DNA of 63,681 nucleotides, the filler included, from Nemertoderma westbladi (Eukaryota > Animalia > Xenacoelomorpha), in the NCBI GenBank assembly GCA_032718475.1. It is 3 parts of 3 records of this genome, joined end to end, with 100 filler letters (N's around TTAATTAATTAA, not from the genome) between each part and the next. Parts side by side here need not be neighbours in the genome. Positions count along the whole stretch, not along the records: positions 1 to 26,162 come from JAUCBJ010005456.1; positions 26,263 to 46,716 come from JAUCBJ010001116.1; 1 more part is not named here. One strand, 5' to 3'. Position numbers and translations under genes: made by a program. Positions 24,431-38,063 of the stretch are shown here, piece after piece. Under the pieces are notes generated by a model. The model did no database searches, was not told the DNA's origin, and worked only from the letters and a program-made list of their open reading frames with translations. Each line of letters opens with the position of its first letter. Position 1 is the stretch's first letter.

Positions 24431-26162
24431 ATGTCTGATACTAAGCAGAACCTGTCAGACAGTTTATTAGATGTAACTATCTGCGACTCAGATAGAGACG
24501 TACAACCGTCTGGTCGTAAATCCAGTTCACCTCCCACTGTGAGGAAGGTCATCCCTCCAGTAGTAATAACAGAACCTAGGCTAGTCCAACATCGTAGGTC
24601 TATCATAGGCACTCGAGCTCAGGTCAAGCGGGACCAAAAGGCAGCGGAACAGCAACAACCCGCTAGTCAAGAACTTATTCCTCAGCGGCCCAGCAGCTCC
24701 AGTAGTGAGGATACTGTAGAGCTGACACCCGAGAGCGGAGCAGAGATGACGGATGCGGTTTATACGGATCCCCTTCTCATCCTTCCTGCAGCCGTGCTCG
24801 CTGGGTTATTGATCGCGGTGGAAGAACACCAGATCGATTGGGCGAGAAGTCAACGGTCAACTAGAGATAGCTACGCGGGCTACACTAGTGAAGAACTGAA
24901 GTCTATTGTCGAGTCGCAATGGAACTTCCCCGGACCCGGACTCCCATTTGATTTATCAGAAGCTGCCTGGGAAGACATACACAGGATGGGAGTAGCCAAG
25001 GAAACCATCGATCCAGCTGTGTGGAAGAGGTCCGCAGCCGGATACGCACAGGGATTCTTCAGCTCTATGGAGCGAATAGAAAAGCAACTTTTTCAACAAC
25101 CTCAAGGACCTCAAGAGCAGGGATCGCTGCTTTATCAAGTTAGAGAAAGAGTTCTGCGGATTAGGCTAATCTTATCCGCCTTTGAGGAGGCTTCTAAAAG
25201 AAAACAAGACACGTCGTTGCAAGTTGCCGTAAAGACTTGGTTTCAACGGGTGAGTCGCCAGGTTCAAGGAGCAGCTCAGTGGAAGGCTCAGTTGGAGGAG
25301 CGCTCAACCCATGGAGAATCAACAGACGCTACTTTTTCCCAAGTGGAAAGTGAAGCGACGGCAGAGAAACCGCATAAGAAGGATGCCATTGATATCTATC
25401 TGTCAGACTATCAGCGTTTTGTGGGAGATGAAGAGTTGAGGAGAAGGCTAGAGGGACTTAGCCCTAATAGCGAAGGAGCCAAACTTGTGTTAGATGCGAT
25501 TGATGTGGATAAGTTAGCGGCGAACCAAGCTAAATTCGATGAACAACTCCGCATCGCTAGAGAAAGGGAAGAACAAGTAAGGAAAAGGCGTATAGAAGAC
25601 AGAAAGATAGCAGCAGTGGCAGAGGCAGAAAGAAAAGCGGCAGCGGCAGAGGCAAAAGCGGCAGCGGCAGCGGCAAAAGCGGCAGCAGTGGCGGAAGCAG
25701 AACGAACAGCGGCAGCGGCAGAGGCAAAAGCGGCAGCGGCAGCGGCAAAAGCGGCAGCAGTGGCGGAAGCAGAACGAACAGCGGCAGCGGCAGAGGCAAA
25801 AGCGGCAGCAGCAGAGGCAAAAGCGGCAGCAGTGGCGGAAGTAGAACGAAAAGCGGCTGAAGAGATCATCCAACTGGAGTTGGAAAATCTTCAAGAGAAG
25901 CAAGACAACTTCAATAAACAGTTAACAGCGAGCAATATGCAGATGATGAGTCGATCTACTCCCAAGAGACAGGGGTATACATCATCTGAGGAAGGCGATA
26001 CCACCGACACTGAAGGCGGAAGAAATCGATCTCGCCTAAGCAGACGTAAAAGAACATTCCACCGGCAGAAATTACCTGATTTGCCTCCAGCTGTTAGAAG
26101 GCAACTAAATAACACTAACTTAGGTAGTACAGAGCCCACAGACCAAATAATTAAAATAGAAA
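24431..26162 (+). CDS. N-terminal part of the element 2 gag polyprotein (open up to the gap; Ala/Glu/Lys coiled-coil repeat)
   Basis: Uninterrupted homologue of 11554-13240, lacking the frameshift and stop seen in element 1. Confidence 0.85.
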
Positions 26163-26262
26163 NNNNNNNNNNNNNNNNNNNNNNNNNNNNNNNNNNNNNN
26201 NNNNNNTTAATTAATTAANNNNNNNNNNNNNNNNNNNNNNNNNNNNNNNNNNNNNNNNNNNN
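26163..26262. other. Assembly gap with artificial TTAATTAATTAA linker
   Basis: N-run, six-frame stop linker, N-run; 100 nt in total. Confidence 0.97.
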
Positions 26263-28060
26263 AATCAGTTATCCCACAAAAGCTTTTACACCTTTTCCTG
26301 TTTCGAGGGTATACAGGAACTGTTTCTGCAGCTGCTAACTTAACTGCTTCTGTAAAGGCAGTATAGCCCTCACAGTGATCTGCCGCCTCAGAGGCAAGAG
26401 CCTCATACCTGTTGCTCAGCTGTAGTGTGAAGCTGGATCTCACACTTGGCTGTTGCAACAGAGAGGACCAGTCATGCCGCGGCAAGGCAGATTTCGTTGT
26501 TCTGCTAGCACGCAGACTAAGTCTTACCTTGGCCACAATAAGGCGGTGATCACTGGAGAAGGGTCGAAGTGTAAATGCATTACAGTCTTGTATAGAGCTC
26601 CTGTATTTCCTACGAAACAGAATATGGTCTATCTGGGACTTGTGACCACTGGGTCCACTATGAGTCCATAGCTTTCCAGTTCGCTTCTTGAACTGGGTTC
26701 CAGCCGAAAACAATCCATTTCCAGAGATAAAATCCTGAAGATGGAGAGAATTTCGGTTAACACTATTGCTATAGACCCAGGGCGATGTAGGTGATTGATG
26801 CAAACTTGCATTAAAGTCTCCCAGGAATGTTAAGAATGCATGCTGATCCACTCCATCAGTAGCTGCTTGTAGATTGTGGTAGAAATTTTCCACCTCCTCT
26901 ACAGGGGCAACACTAGTTGGAGAGTAGCACACAATCAGAACCACCTTAGGAAACTTCTTAGCCAGTCTTCCAGAACATGAGAAGTGGCAACGGATGATAC
27001 GGTTAGAGATTTGGTCTATTTTGTCCAATGCTGCATGTGCAGTTGGATTCATCAATAGACCAATTCCACCATTGCCACTATCATCTGCTGACGCGAGGGC
27101 GAGTCGCCAACCGCCCCCCATGTCCTTAATCAGAACCTCATCAGTCTGTCTAGTCTGCATTCGGTGCTCTTGAACACCCACTGCGCTAAGAGAAAGCTTA
27201 TCTGCCAAGGCAGTCAGCTCACCTTGTCGCATTGGGGACCCGAGTGTTAGGGTGTTTACTGAGGCTAGTCTTGTGACTTGCCTCAGATTCACCAATGGCT
27301 TTGTTGGTCGGGGTGGAACATGAGAGTAGCCTCCAACTCCAGAATCCCTATCTCCCCATCACAATCTGGCCTTCCTGGTGACCCAGGGTTTGGGCCAGAA
27401 AGGTCATCAGGAAGGGGACTCAAAGAATTGTTGGCTGCTCTCTCTCCAGTAGGGGGTGAGACAGGCAGCCGGTCAGGAGTTAACTGACGCCTGTGAGGCC
27501 GATTGTGTCCGGTAATTCCACTGGCCTCTAGTGGCCGGACCTCCGCATTGCTAATGTACTCCATAGTGGGGGTTGGGGGGTGCTTTTTTGCTGAGTCAGC
27601 TCTCGGGGCAAATCCCACACCCTGGTTTGCCATTCCACAGGGTGGGTGTCGCAATGGAGTCAGATATGAGGCCCATCACCCATATCTACTCTGGCGGACA
27701 TGACCCACCATTGGCTGTTGCAGCTCATCTGCTGGGTCATGCCCTGTACCCTTGCTGCCAGGTGCAGGTCGCAGTGAAGTGCTCTCAGAGTGGACATGAG
27801 AACACTCTACTCCTGACTAGCCATTGGTAGATCACCATCTGCCTGGTCAGGCCATATACCCCTGCAGCCAAGTATATGGGTCCTTAATCCAGGACCAAGG
27901 GCGTCCTTATCCCAGAACGAAGGGGGTCCTAGTTACAGGACCAGATTTGCCTTAGTAAGAGGGTCTATGCAGCTACAGGTGGCACCTCCTTTATGCTGCA
28001 TGGAGGTGGCAAGTTTTCTTGATCAATGACCTAGAATACCTGACCTGACCATGTAATCAA
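26263..28060 (-). mobile_element. 5' part of an RTE-like LINE: 5' UTR and AP endonuclease domain
   Basis: ORF 27295->26263 has APE motifs VGVQEHR, CYSPT, LGDFNA, SQIDHIL, SDHRL, then LSNRYEAL. 5' boundary approximate. Confidence 0.88.
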
Positions 28061-28126
28061 ATAGGTTACAAACACAGTATTATAACAGTATAAAACAGTA
28101 TGAATTACGCGGTGTGCGGCATTTAA

Positions 28127-29681
28127 CCCTATTAGTACCGGGCTATAAAATGTTGTACAAATACCGGGGAGGGGTCATATTGACCCCCCCCCTCTAAAAT
28201 CTACAAATTTTTACGAAAACGTCTGATTTTTTGTTTGTACGTAGGTATCACTAGTCAGGATCCGACCGAAAAAAAAAATTTTCGAAAAAATGTACTGGGG
28301 TGGTTATATTGCAGCACGAAAATTACAAGTAGTGCACAATTTTCAGAAAATTTGAAACTGACATTTTTCGTCTAATTGTTTTTCAATACAGGTTTTCTGG
28401 GGCGCAAAATACATTGGAAAATATTTAAAAATGATGTGATTACCATAAATGGCTGTTTAGTCCTCTCTGCGTAGGAAAAAAATGAAAAAAACAAGTTACC
28501 AGCACTTTTCAGTTAGAACACAAAATTTTTAATTCACTTATGCGATGCTATAAATTCACATTTTCAGGTTTTCTAGGGCGCTGATTCTAATGGAATACAT
28601 TTCAAATATGCCAGATCATTGCTACTTGTATTTTTCGACGTAATTTGGCAAATTTTGGTGCTAGGACCAAATTTCGTACCAATCACCAAAAAGTACAAGT
28701 TTGCGATGTCCAGTGCTGTTTTTATTGATTCCATCGGATTCAGGACCCTCATAAACCCGTATAACGCAATAAACAAGATGATACTATCTACTGATCAATT
28801 TGCTTATTTTCCAAAATTTGGTGCTGGCACAACAATTTTCACCGACCGGCGAAAAATACAAGTTTGAAAACTCTCATGAAATTTTTACTGATTCCATTGA
28901 ATTCAGAACCCTCACAAACCCGTATAACGCAAGAAACAAGGTGACACAATCAATTTATATATTTGATGGTTTTCAAAATTTGGTGCTAGCACCACATTTT
29001 GCACCCACTTCCGAAAAATACAAGTTTGAGATGCCTAGATCGAAAATTATATATTCCATTCAATTCAGAATAGCCATAAACCTCTAAAACGCAAGAAATA
29101 AATTGTCACAAACAATTTTATCAATTGAATGGATTTTCAAAATTTTGTGCTAGCACCAAAATTTGCACCCACCACCGAAAAATACAAGTTTGATACGCTT
29201 GGTGCAACTCGTATATATTTCATCGAAACCAGAACCCCAAAAAACCCCAATTGCGTAAAAAACAAGTTTCACACAATCAATTTACAAAATTGACATATTT
29301 CAAAATTTGGTGCTGGCACCAAAAATTGGCACCCGCCGAAAAAACAAGTTTGAAATTTCTAAATCAATTTATATGAATTCCATCCAATTTCTAACACCAA
29401 AAAACCGGTGTAAATCAATAAAAGAGATGTTAGAATTCATATTTAATGAAATGTAATTTTCAAAAAACGTCTCAAAAAAAGTGCCAAAAGTAGGGTTAAA
29501 AAATGGTGCTATAACTCGAAAACTACCCAATATTTTTGAAAACGGTTTTCACTACTAGGAAGACAATAGATTTTTAGGAAAAGTCATAAAATTTCAGATT
29601 CCCAACTGCGTTTGTTTCAGAATTATAATAAAAAAACCACGGGGGGGGGTCATATTGACCCCCCCCCCGGGTTTAATAGGG
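28127..29681. mobile_element. Non-autonomous piggyBac-type element
   Basis: TTAA TSD (28123-28126, 29682-29685); TIRs CCCTATTA...CCGGG; subterminal GGGGGTCATATTGACCCCC palindromes at both ends; internal degenerate ~120-bp tandem repeats; no transposase. Confidence 0.85.
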
Positions 29682-30439
29682 TTAATCATCAGTCAGATGT
29701 TGTCAGAATTTTAGTGAATGAAGAGAGTACAACAGTACGAGAGATGATACATTGTGCTTTAGAATTCTCTGGCAGTCTGGCCACGGATGGTCGCAATTGG
29801 AATATTTTATTTGACGTTAAATCAGTTAAAACAGGCACTAAGTATATCATTAAAATATAACATATAAAGTAGGAAAAGGTAACGGCAACAAACAAATGTA
29901 CAGTACATGGAGTTCAACATGTCCTAGAAAATGCTTTTTATCTGAAAACAGCGCAAAATAGAAAAAACATAGATAAATACAATGACCTTCAGTAGATTGT
30001 AAACACTATTTACAATATTTACAACATAATTATGGTAAAATTTAGGACTAACAAACATAGTGGATACGAGTTAAAATGTATAAATGCAACAACCACAAAA
30101 TTATTGTAATTTTACTAAAAAATATTGTAATTATGATAAGACATTTAGGATAAACGGAAACAGTGGATAAGATATGTAAGGTATAAATAAAAGCAACAAC
30201 GACAACACAATAATTATAAAAACGTTCGGCATCAATAAAATATATCTATTAGTAATCAAAAGGTTTACGTTTTCTTTTTAATACATTTTAAAAACCGTAT
30301 CTATTTACTGTTTATTCTCTTATTTTAAAATATTATGTACTGTATATATTTCTATTGTCTTACTATAAAATATTATGTACTGTATTTATTTGTAATAAGT
30401 TTACCGCGTCTGTGAGTTTGGGATTATAAATACACAATG

Positions 30440-31090
30440 CATATAATATATATACTGAGAGTTAATTAGGTAGTGATTTGCCGTCGAGGATAACCCCATG
30501 AGACTATGTCTCGTTTTCATGAGGGTCCTCGCTATATTAGGAAATATTAAAATCGGTAAAGGGTCTATGGATGTTGGTACAGTATGTTACATATGTACAT
30601 ATTGCAAAGGAGTTAAGTCAAGTTGCAGTAATTTAGAATGAACATAAATATAAATTATTAAATTTAGTACAAAGTTCTAAAAGGGCGCGGCTTTTTAAAT
30701 TAAAGTTAATTGAGTATTGGTAAAAAGTAAAATAAGTTTGTTAAAATAGGTAGTTTGTGGAAAGGTAAAAACTTGTTAAAAATAAATTGATTGCTCGGAT
30801 TCAACAAGTTTTGAAAAAATATGTTCTTTTACCCTATGTTTGAAGGACTCCAGTGATGGGGATTTAGTGATTTCGTTTGGAAGCGTGGTCCAAAGTTTTG
30901 GACCCTGGTGTGCAAATGATTCGCTGTCTGTGGCAGTCTTGTGGTAGGGTACCACAGCGTGTGACTCGCTACGTCGTAGACGTGATTGTGTTTGGCAGTT
31001 TGGGAGAACGTAATCAGGTCGCGTAGATACTTTGGTGCGGTCCCAGTGTAAATTCGGTACATGTAAGTAAGTGTCTTTGGTCTTTGGGCA
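30440..31090 (-). mobile_element. 3' fragment of an L2/CR1-group LINE
   Basis: MYRIYTGTAPKYL resembles the C-terminal APxYL motif of these LINEs, followed by UTR-like sequence. Boundaries approximate. Confidence 0.5.
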
Positions 31091-31455
31091 AAGTCAGAAA
31101 TGTCAGACTGAATGATTTTGTCACATTATGGTATACATATTATGTAAACAAATAATTCGCAAAGTGAAAATCGCGCTGATTGGCCGAAATATAGCACAAG
31201 CTCTACGCATAAAGAAACAGCTGGCAAATTTCGTCATGTTAGTTCTGGATTAAGACAGACGCGTAGTTGCATAAGTTTATACTTCCTCCAACACCTTGTT
31301 AGAACAATGTTGGCCTTTTTAGAGTAGTTCGCGAATTGCCCAAAAACGACACATTTTTGCCGCAAAAGCTTTAACATACAGTATGAGTACCGCGGTATGC
31401 ACCACAGTATATCTGTGTTAATAATTTGTGTTTATATTTCTATACTTGCGTTTAG

Positions 31456-31673
31456 ATGGACTGGCTCAGATACAAACCCCTCAAACAATGATGGCCAAGG
31501 CCGTGCCGGTACTGATAGGTCCAATATTCTACTATTACGGGACCCCGCCTGGTTTCCCTCAGCCTCAGGTAGTCATGGCAACTGGGCAAGCAATTACCCA
31601 GCTGTGTTTGCTAACATGAGTATGGGTGGGTTGGATATGACGTCACAAGAGAATTTGGCCCTTCTTAGCAACA
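31456..31673 (+). CDS. Protein DD3-3-like, exon (upstream exons not found in the window)
   Basis: WTGSDTNPSNNDGQGRAGTDRSNILLL matches the DD3-3 family motif as I recall it. TTTAG acceptor and GTAAGT donor. Confidence 0.85.
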
Positions 31674-32008
31674 GTAAGTTTTTATTTATCACATAATTGT
31701 AAATATTTAGTAATAATTAATCAACTTTGTAACATTCGGGTTCAGCTCTAATGGAAATAGAGTATCGTTTATGATCTCTGCAGTATTTGTTTTTAATATT
31801 TTGATAGAGACAACAACACGGTAGTAGACACAAAAGCGGCGAAATACAACCGTTTTTGATATATAATACGTACATGTTAGTACATTTCGTATAATAGAAG
31901 AATATGTGGTGTATCTAGTCGGGTTGTTAGTTTCGTGTTTCCGCAAGTTACCCCAGGTGTTTTATCGGCATACAGTATGCTTATGTAGCATAATGTTGAT
32001 ATTTTTAG

Positions 32009-32225
32009 ATCAGTTAGGGGGCGACATGACGGAGCTTGATGAAGCCGGTACGTATTACAGCCTACCCGCGCGGAAACTCAGTAGAACTGGAGTCTACAGG
32101 TACATGTGCAGTAGGAATAACAACTTCTCGAACAGAAGTCAGAAAGGGAAACTAATCGTTCTGGATACAGCGTACTCTGTCAGGGCTATAGGAAGAATGG
32201 GGGGAAATATAACCTTAAGTAATAG
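32009..32225 (+). CDS. Protein DD3-3-like, exon
   Basis: QLGGDMTELDEAGTYY...GVYRYMCSRNNNFSNRSQKGKLIV. AG/GT sites with phases matching both neighbours. Confidence 0.87.
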
Positions 32226-32339
32226 GTATGTGTTATGTACGAATAAAGTTACTGAGCACTGACAGTGTGTGTGTGTGTACCATACCCTCTTGTATACCAT
32301 CCGAACACCATTTCTAATCTGACATCCTTCGGCCCACAG

Positions 32340-32535
32340 CAAAGCGACCCTCCACGTTAGACCGTCTAGCCTTACCGGTCTCCATCGGTTTACGTTGTCG
32401 GAATGGTCCGTCTCCGACGGAGAATCCAGAATGGCTGATAAAGGTCGACAACTTTCGATTGGTAATGGATACGCTAGTTCCTTCATTGTTCTAGAACCGT
32501 CTAATATTGGTATCGTAGACAGTGGGAAGATTGAG
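32340..32535 (+). CDS. Protein DD3-3-like, exon
   Basis: CAG acceptor, open frame KATLHVRPSSL...DSGKIE, GTTAGT donor; phases 2 and 0 fit the adjacent exons. Confidence 0.8.
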
Positions 32536-32606
32536 GTTAGTAAAGGGATGTAAAACACGTGAATAACACGTAAATGAAAAAATTAAAGTAGAGTAATAAT
32601 CTAAGT

Positions 32607-35600
32607 GACCAAGGGACTGTAATACAGTAGAGGCGACAGCTGTAATCCGGGACCAAGGGACTGTAATACAGTGGAGGCGACAGCTGTAATCCGGGACCAA
32701 GGGACTGTAATACAGTAGAGGCGACAGCTGTAATCCGGGACCAAGGGACTGTAATACAGTGGAGGCGACAGCTGTAATCCGGGACCAAGGGACTGTAACA
32801 CAGTAGAGGCGACAGCTGTAATCCGGGATCAAGGGACTGTAATACAGTAGAGGCGACAGGTGTAATCCGGGACCAAGGGACTGTAATACAGTAGAGGCGA
32901 CAGTTGTAATCCGGGACCAAGGGACTGTAATACAGTGGAGGCGACAGCTGTAATCCGGGACCAAGGGACTGTAATACAGTAGAGGCGACAGCTGTAATCC
33001 GGGACCAAGGGACTGTAATACAGTGGAGGCGACAGCTGTAATCCGGGACCAAGGGACTGTAATACAGTGGAGGCGACAGCTGTAATCCGGGACCAAGGGA
33101 CTGTAACACAGTAGAGGCGACAGCTGTAATCCGGGATCAAGGGACTGTAATACAGTGGAGGCGACAGCTGTAATCCGGGACCAAGGGACTGTAATACAGT
33201 GGAGGCGATGACAGCTGTAACCCGGTACCAAGGGACTGTAATACAGTAGAGGCGACAGCTGTAATCCGGGACCAAGGGACTGTAATACAGTAGACTGGTA
33301 GAGGCGACAGCTGTAATCCGGGACCAAGGGACTGTAATACAGTGGAGGCGACAGCTGTAATCCGGGACCAAGGGACTGTAATACAGTGGAGGCGATGACA
33401 GCTGTAACCCGGTACCAAGGGACTGTAATACAGTAGAGGCGACAGCTGTAATCCGGGACCAAGGGACTGTAATACAGTAGACTGGTAGAGGCGACAGCTG
33501 TAATCCGGGACCAAGGGACTGTAATACAGTGGAGGCGACAGCTGTAATCCGGGACCAAGGGACTGTAATACAGTACAGGCGACAGCTGTAATCCGGGACC
33601 AAGGGACTGTAATACAGTGGAGGCGACAGCTGTAATCCGGGACCAAGGGACTGTAATACAGTAGACTGGTAGAGGCGACAGCTGTAATCCGGGACCAAGG
33701 GACTGTAATACAGTGGAGGCGACAGCTGTAATCCGGGACCAAGGGACTGTAATACAGTAGAGGCGACAGCTGTAATCCGGGCCAAGGGACTGTAATACAG
33801 TAGAGGCGACAGCTGTAATCCGGGACCAAGGGACTGTAATACAGTAGACTGGTAGAGGCGACAGCTGTAATCCGGGACCAAGGGACTGTAATACAGTGGA
33901 GGCGACAGCTGTAATCCGGGACCAAGGGACTGTAATACAGTACAGGCGACAGCTGTAATCCGGGACCAAGGGACTGTAATACAGTGGAGGCGACAGCTGT
34001 AATCCGGGACCAAGGGACTGTAATACAGTAGACTGGTAGAGGCGACAGCTGTAATCCGGGACCAAGGGACTGTGATACAGTGGAGGCGACAGCTGTAATC
34101 CGGGACCAAGGGACTGTAATACAGTAGACTGGTAGAGGCGACAGCTGTAATCCGGGACCAAGGGACTGTAATACAGTGGAGGCGACAGCTGTAATCCGGG
34201 ACCAAGGGACTGTAACACAGTAGAGGCGACAGCTGTAATCCGGGATCAAGGGACTGTAATACAGTAGAGGCGATAGGTGTAATCCGGGACCAAGGGACTG
34301 TAATACAGTAGAGGCGACAGTTGTAATCCGGGACCAAGGGACTGTAATACAGTGGAGGCGACAGCTGTAATCCGGGACCAAGGGTCTGTAATACAGTAGA
34401 GGCGACAGCTGTAATCCGTGACCAAGGGACTGTAATACAGTAGAGGCGACAGCTGTAATCCGGGCCAAGGGACTGTAATACAGTAGAGGCGACAGCTGTA
34501 ATCCGGGACCAAGGGACTGTAATACAGTAGACTGGTAGAGGCAACAGCTGTAATCCTGGACCAAGGGACTGTAATACAGTGGAGGCGACAGCTGTAATCC
34601 GGGACCAAGGGACTGTAACACAGTAGAGGCGACAGCTGTAATCCGGGATCAAGGGACTGTAATACAGTAGAGGCGACAGGTGTAATCCGGGACCAAGGGA
34701 CTGTAATACAGTAGAGGCGACAGTTGTAATCCGGGACCAAGGGACTGTAATACAGTAGAGGCGACAGTTGTAATCCGGGACCAAGGGACTGTAATACAGT
34801 GGAGGCGATGACAGCTGTAATTCGGGACCAAGGGTCTGTAATACAGTAGAGGCGACAGCTGTAATCCGGGACCAAGGGACTGTAATACAGTAGAGGCGAC
34901 AGTTGTAATCCGGGACCAAGGGACTGTAATACAGTGGAGGCGATGACAGCTGTAATTCGGGACCAAGGGTCTGTAATACAGTAGAGGCGACAGCTGTAAT
35001 CCGTGACCAAGGGACTGTAATACAGTAGAGGCGACAGCTGTAATCCGGGCCAAGGGACTGTAATACAGTAGAGGTGACAGCTGTAATCCGGGACCAAGGG
35101 ACTGTAATACAGTAGACTGGTAGAGGCGACAGCTGTAATCCGGGACCAAGGGACTGTAATACAGTGGAGGCGACAGCTGTAATCCGGGACCAAGTGACTG
35201 TAATACAGTAGAGGCGACAGCTGTAATCCGGGACCAAGGGACTGTAACACAGTAGAGGCGACAGCTGTAATCCGGGATCAAGGGACTGTAATACAGTAGA
35301 GGCGACAGCTGTAATCCGGGACCAAGGGACTGTAATACAGTGGAGGCGATGACAGCTGTAATTCGGGACCAAGGGTCTGTAATACAGTAGAGGCGACAGC
35401 TGTAATCCGGGACCAAGGGACTGTAATACAGTAGAGGCGACAGTTGTAATCCGGGACCAAGGGACTGTAATACAGTGGAGGCGATGACAGCTGTAATTCG
35501 GGACCAAGGGTCTGTAATACAGTAGAGGCGACAGCTGTAATCCGTGACCAAGGGACTGTAATACAGTAGAGGCGACAGCTGTAATCCGGGCCAAGGGACT

Positions 35601-37934
35601 GTAATACAGTAGAGGCGACAGCTGTAATCCGGGACCAAGGGACTGTAATACAGTAGACTGGTAGAGGCGACAGCTGTAATCCGGGACCAAGGGACTGTAA
35701 TACAGTGGAGGCGACAGTAGTAATCCGGGACCAAGGGACTGTAACACAGTAGAGGCGACAGCTGTAATCCGGGATCAAGGGACTGTAATACAGTAGAGGC
35801 GACAGGTGTAATCCGGGACCAAGGGGCTATAACACAGTAGAGGCGACAGCTGTAATCCGGGACCAACGGACTGTAATACAGTAGAGGCGACAGCTGTAAT
35901 CCGGGACCAAGGGGCTGTAACACAGTAGAGGCGACAGCTGTAATCCGGGACCAAGGGACTGTAACACAGTAGAGGCGACAGCTGTAATCCGGGCCAAGGG
36001 ACTGTAATACAGTAGAGGCGACAGCTGTAATCCGGGACCAAGGGACTGTAATACAGTAGAGGCGACAGCTGTAATCCGGGACCAAGGGACTGTAATACAG
36101 TACAGGCGACAGCTGTAATCCGGGACCAAGGGACTGTAATACAGTACAGGCGACAGCTGTAATCCGGGACCAAGGGACTGTAATACAGTAGAGGCGACAG
36201 CTGTAATCCGGGACCAAGTGACTGTAATACAGTAGAGGCGACAGCTGTAATCCGGGACCAAGGGACTGTAATACAGTAGAGGCGACAGCTGTAATCCGGG
36301 ACCAAGGGACTGTAATACAGTAGAGGCGACAGCTGTAATCCGGGACCAAGGGAAAGGGACTGTAATACAGTAGAGGCGACAGCTGTAATCCGGGACCAAG
36401 GGACTGTAATACAGTGGAGGCGACAGCTGTAATCCGGGACCAAGGGACTGTAATACAGTAGAGGCGACAGCTGTAATCCGGGACCAAGGGACTGTAATAC
36501 AGTAGAGGCGACAGCTGTAATCCGGGACCAAGGGACTGTAATACAGTAGAGGCGACAGCTGTAATCCGGGACCAAGGGACTGTAATAAGTAGAGGCGACA
36601 GCTGTAATCCGGGACCAAGTGACTGTAATACAGTAGAGGCGACAGTTGTAATCCGGGACCAAGGGACTGAAATACAGATGAGGCGACAGCTCTAATCCGT
36701 GACCAAGGGACTGTAATACAGTAGAGGCGACAGCTGTAATCCGGGACCAAGGGACTGTAATACAGTAGAGGCGACAGTTGTAATCCGGGACCAAGGGACT
36801 GAAATACAGTAGAGGCGACAGCTCTAATCCGTGACCAAGGGACTGTAATACAGTAGAGGCGACAGCTGTAATCCGGGACCAAGGGGCTGTAACACAGTAG
36901 AGGCGACAGCTGTAATCCGGGACCAACGGACTGTAATACAGTAGAGGCGACAGCTGTAATCCTGACCAAGGGACTGTAATACAGTAGAGGCGACAGCTGT
37001 AATCCGGGACCAAGGGACTGTAATAAAGTAGAGGCGACAGCTGTAATCCGGGACCAAGGGACTGTAATACAGTAGAGGCGACAGTTGTAATCCGGGACCA
37101 AGGGACTGTAATACAGTAGAGGCGACAGGTGTAATCCGGGACCAAGGGACTGTAATACAGTAGAGGCGACAGTTGTAATCCTGACCAAGGGACTGTAATA
37201 CAGTAGAGGCGATGACAGCTGTAATCCGGGACCAAGGGACTGTAATACAGTAGAGGCGACAGCTGTAATCCGGGACCAAGGGACTGTAATACAGTGGAGG
37301 CGACAGCTGTAATCCGGGACCAAGGGACTGCAATACAGTAGAGGCGACAGCTGTAATCCGGGACCAAGGGGCTATAACACAGTAGAGGCGACAGCTGTAA
37401 TCCGGGACCAAGGGACTGCAATACAGTAGAGGCGACAGCTGTAATCCTGACCAAGGGACTGTAATACAGTAGAGGCGACAGCTGTAATCCGTGACCAAGG
37501 GACTGTAATACAGTAGAGGCGACAGCTGTAATCCTGACCAAGGGACTGTAATACAGTAGAGGCGACAGCTGTAATCCGGGACCAAGGGACTGTAATAAAG
37601 TAGAGGCGACAGCTGTAATCCTGACCAAGGGACTGTAATACGGTAGAGAGGCGACAGCTGTAATCCGGGACCAAGGGACTGAAATACAGTAGAGGCGACA
37701 GCTCTAATCCGTGACCAAGGGACTGTAATACAGTAGAGGCGACAGCTGTAATCCTGACCAAGGGACTGTAATACAGTAGAGGCGACAGCTGTAATCCGTG
37801 ACCAAGGGACTGTAATACAGTAGAGGCGACAGCTGTAATCCTGACCAAGGGACTGTAATACGGTAGAGGCGACAGCTGTAATCCGGGACCAAGGGACTGT
37901 AATACAGTAGAGGCGACAGCTGTAATCCGGGACA
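32607..37934. repeat. 44-bp minisatellite, ~120 copies, intronic
   Basis: Unit GACCAAGGGACTGTAATACAGTAGAGGCGACAGCTGTAATCCGG with recurrent +9, +3 and -1/-2 variants. Confidence 0.97.
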
Positions 37935-38063
37935 AATGGACTTAAAACAATGTCACATTAATTCACTCATTTTTTAAAATATTAGTGAGAAAAAGGGGAT
38001 TTTTCAAATAAATATTATACTCCTATTTAATTTTGTTCAGGTTTAAAACGGTACTTTCAGTTT

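Larger units (their letters stand above)
21043..26162 (+). mobile_element. BEL/Pao LTR retrotransposon, element 2 (diverged relative of element 1, truncated by the gap)
   Basis: LTR, leader and ORF are colinear with element 1. Predicted TSD GGGAT (21038-21042); the other copy is not visible. Confidence 0.92.

Noticed and set aside
25411-25903. Antisense Cys-, Pro/Leu- or Ala-rich ORFs here and at 12570-12980
   Set aside because: Shadow frames of the GCA/GCG-rich gag repeat.
26207-26218. TTAATTAATTAA motif inside both N-runs
   Set aside because: Artificial six-frame stop linker. ORF ends reading 'LIN' are artefacts.
29697-29860. Possible upstream exon of the DD3-3-like gene
   Set aside because: No recognisable DD3-3 motif and no convincing donor site in the required phase.
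32491-37935. Long minus-strand ORFs up to 972 aa
   Set aside because: They are translations of the 44-bp minisatellite, with the same peptides cycling through all three frames, inside an intron.
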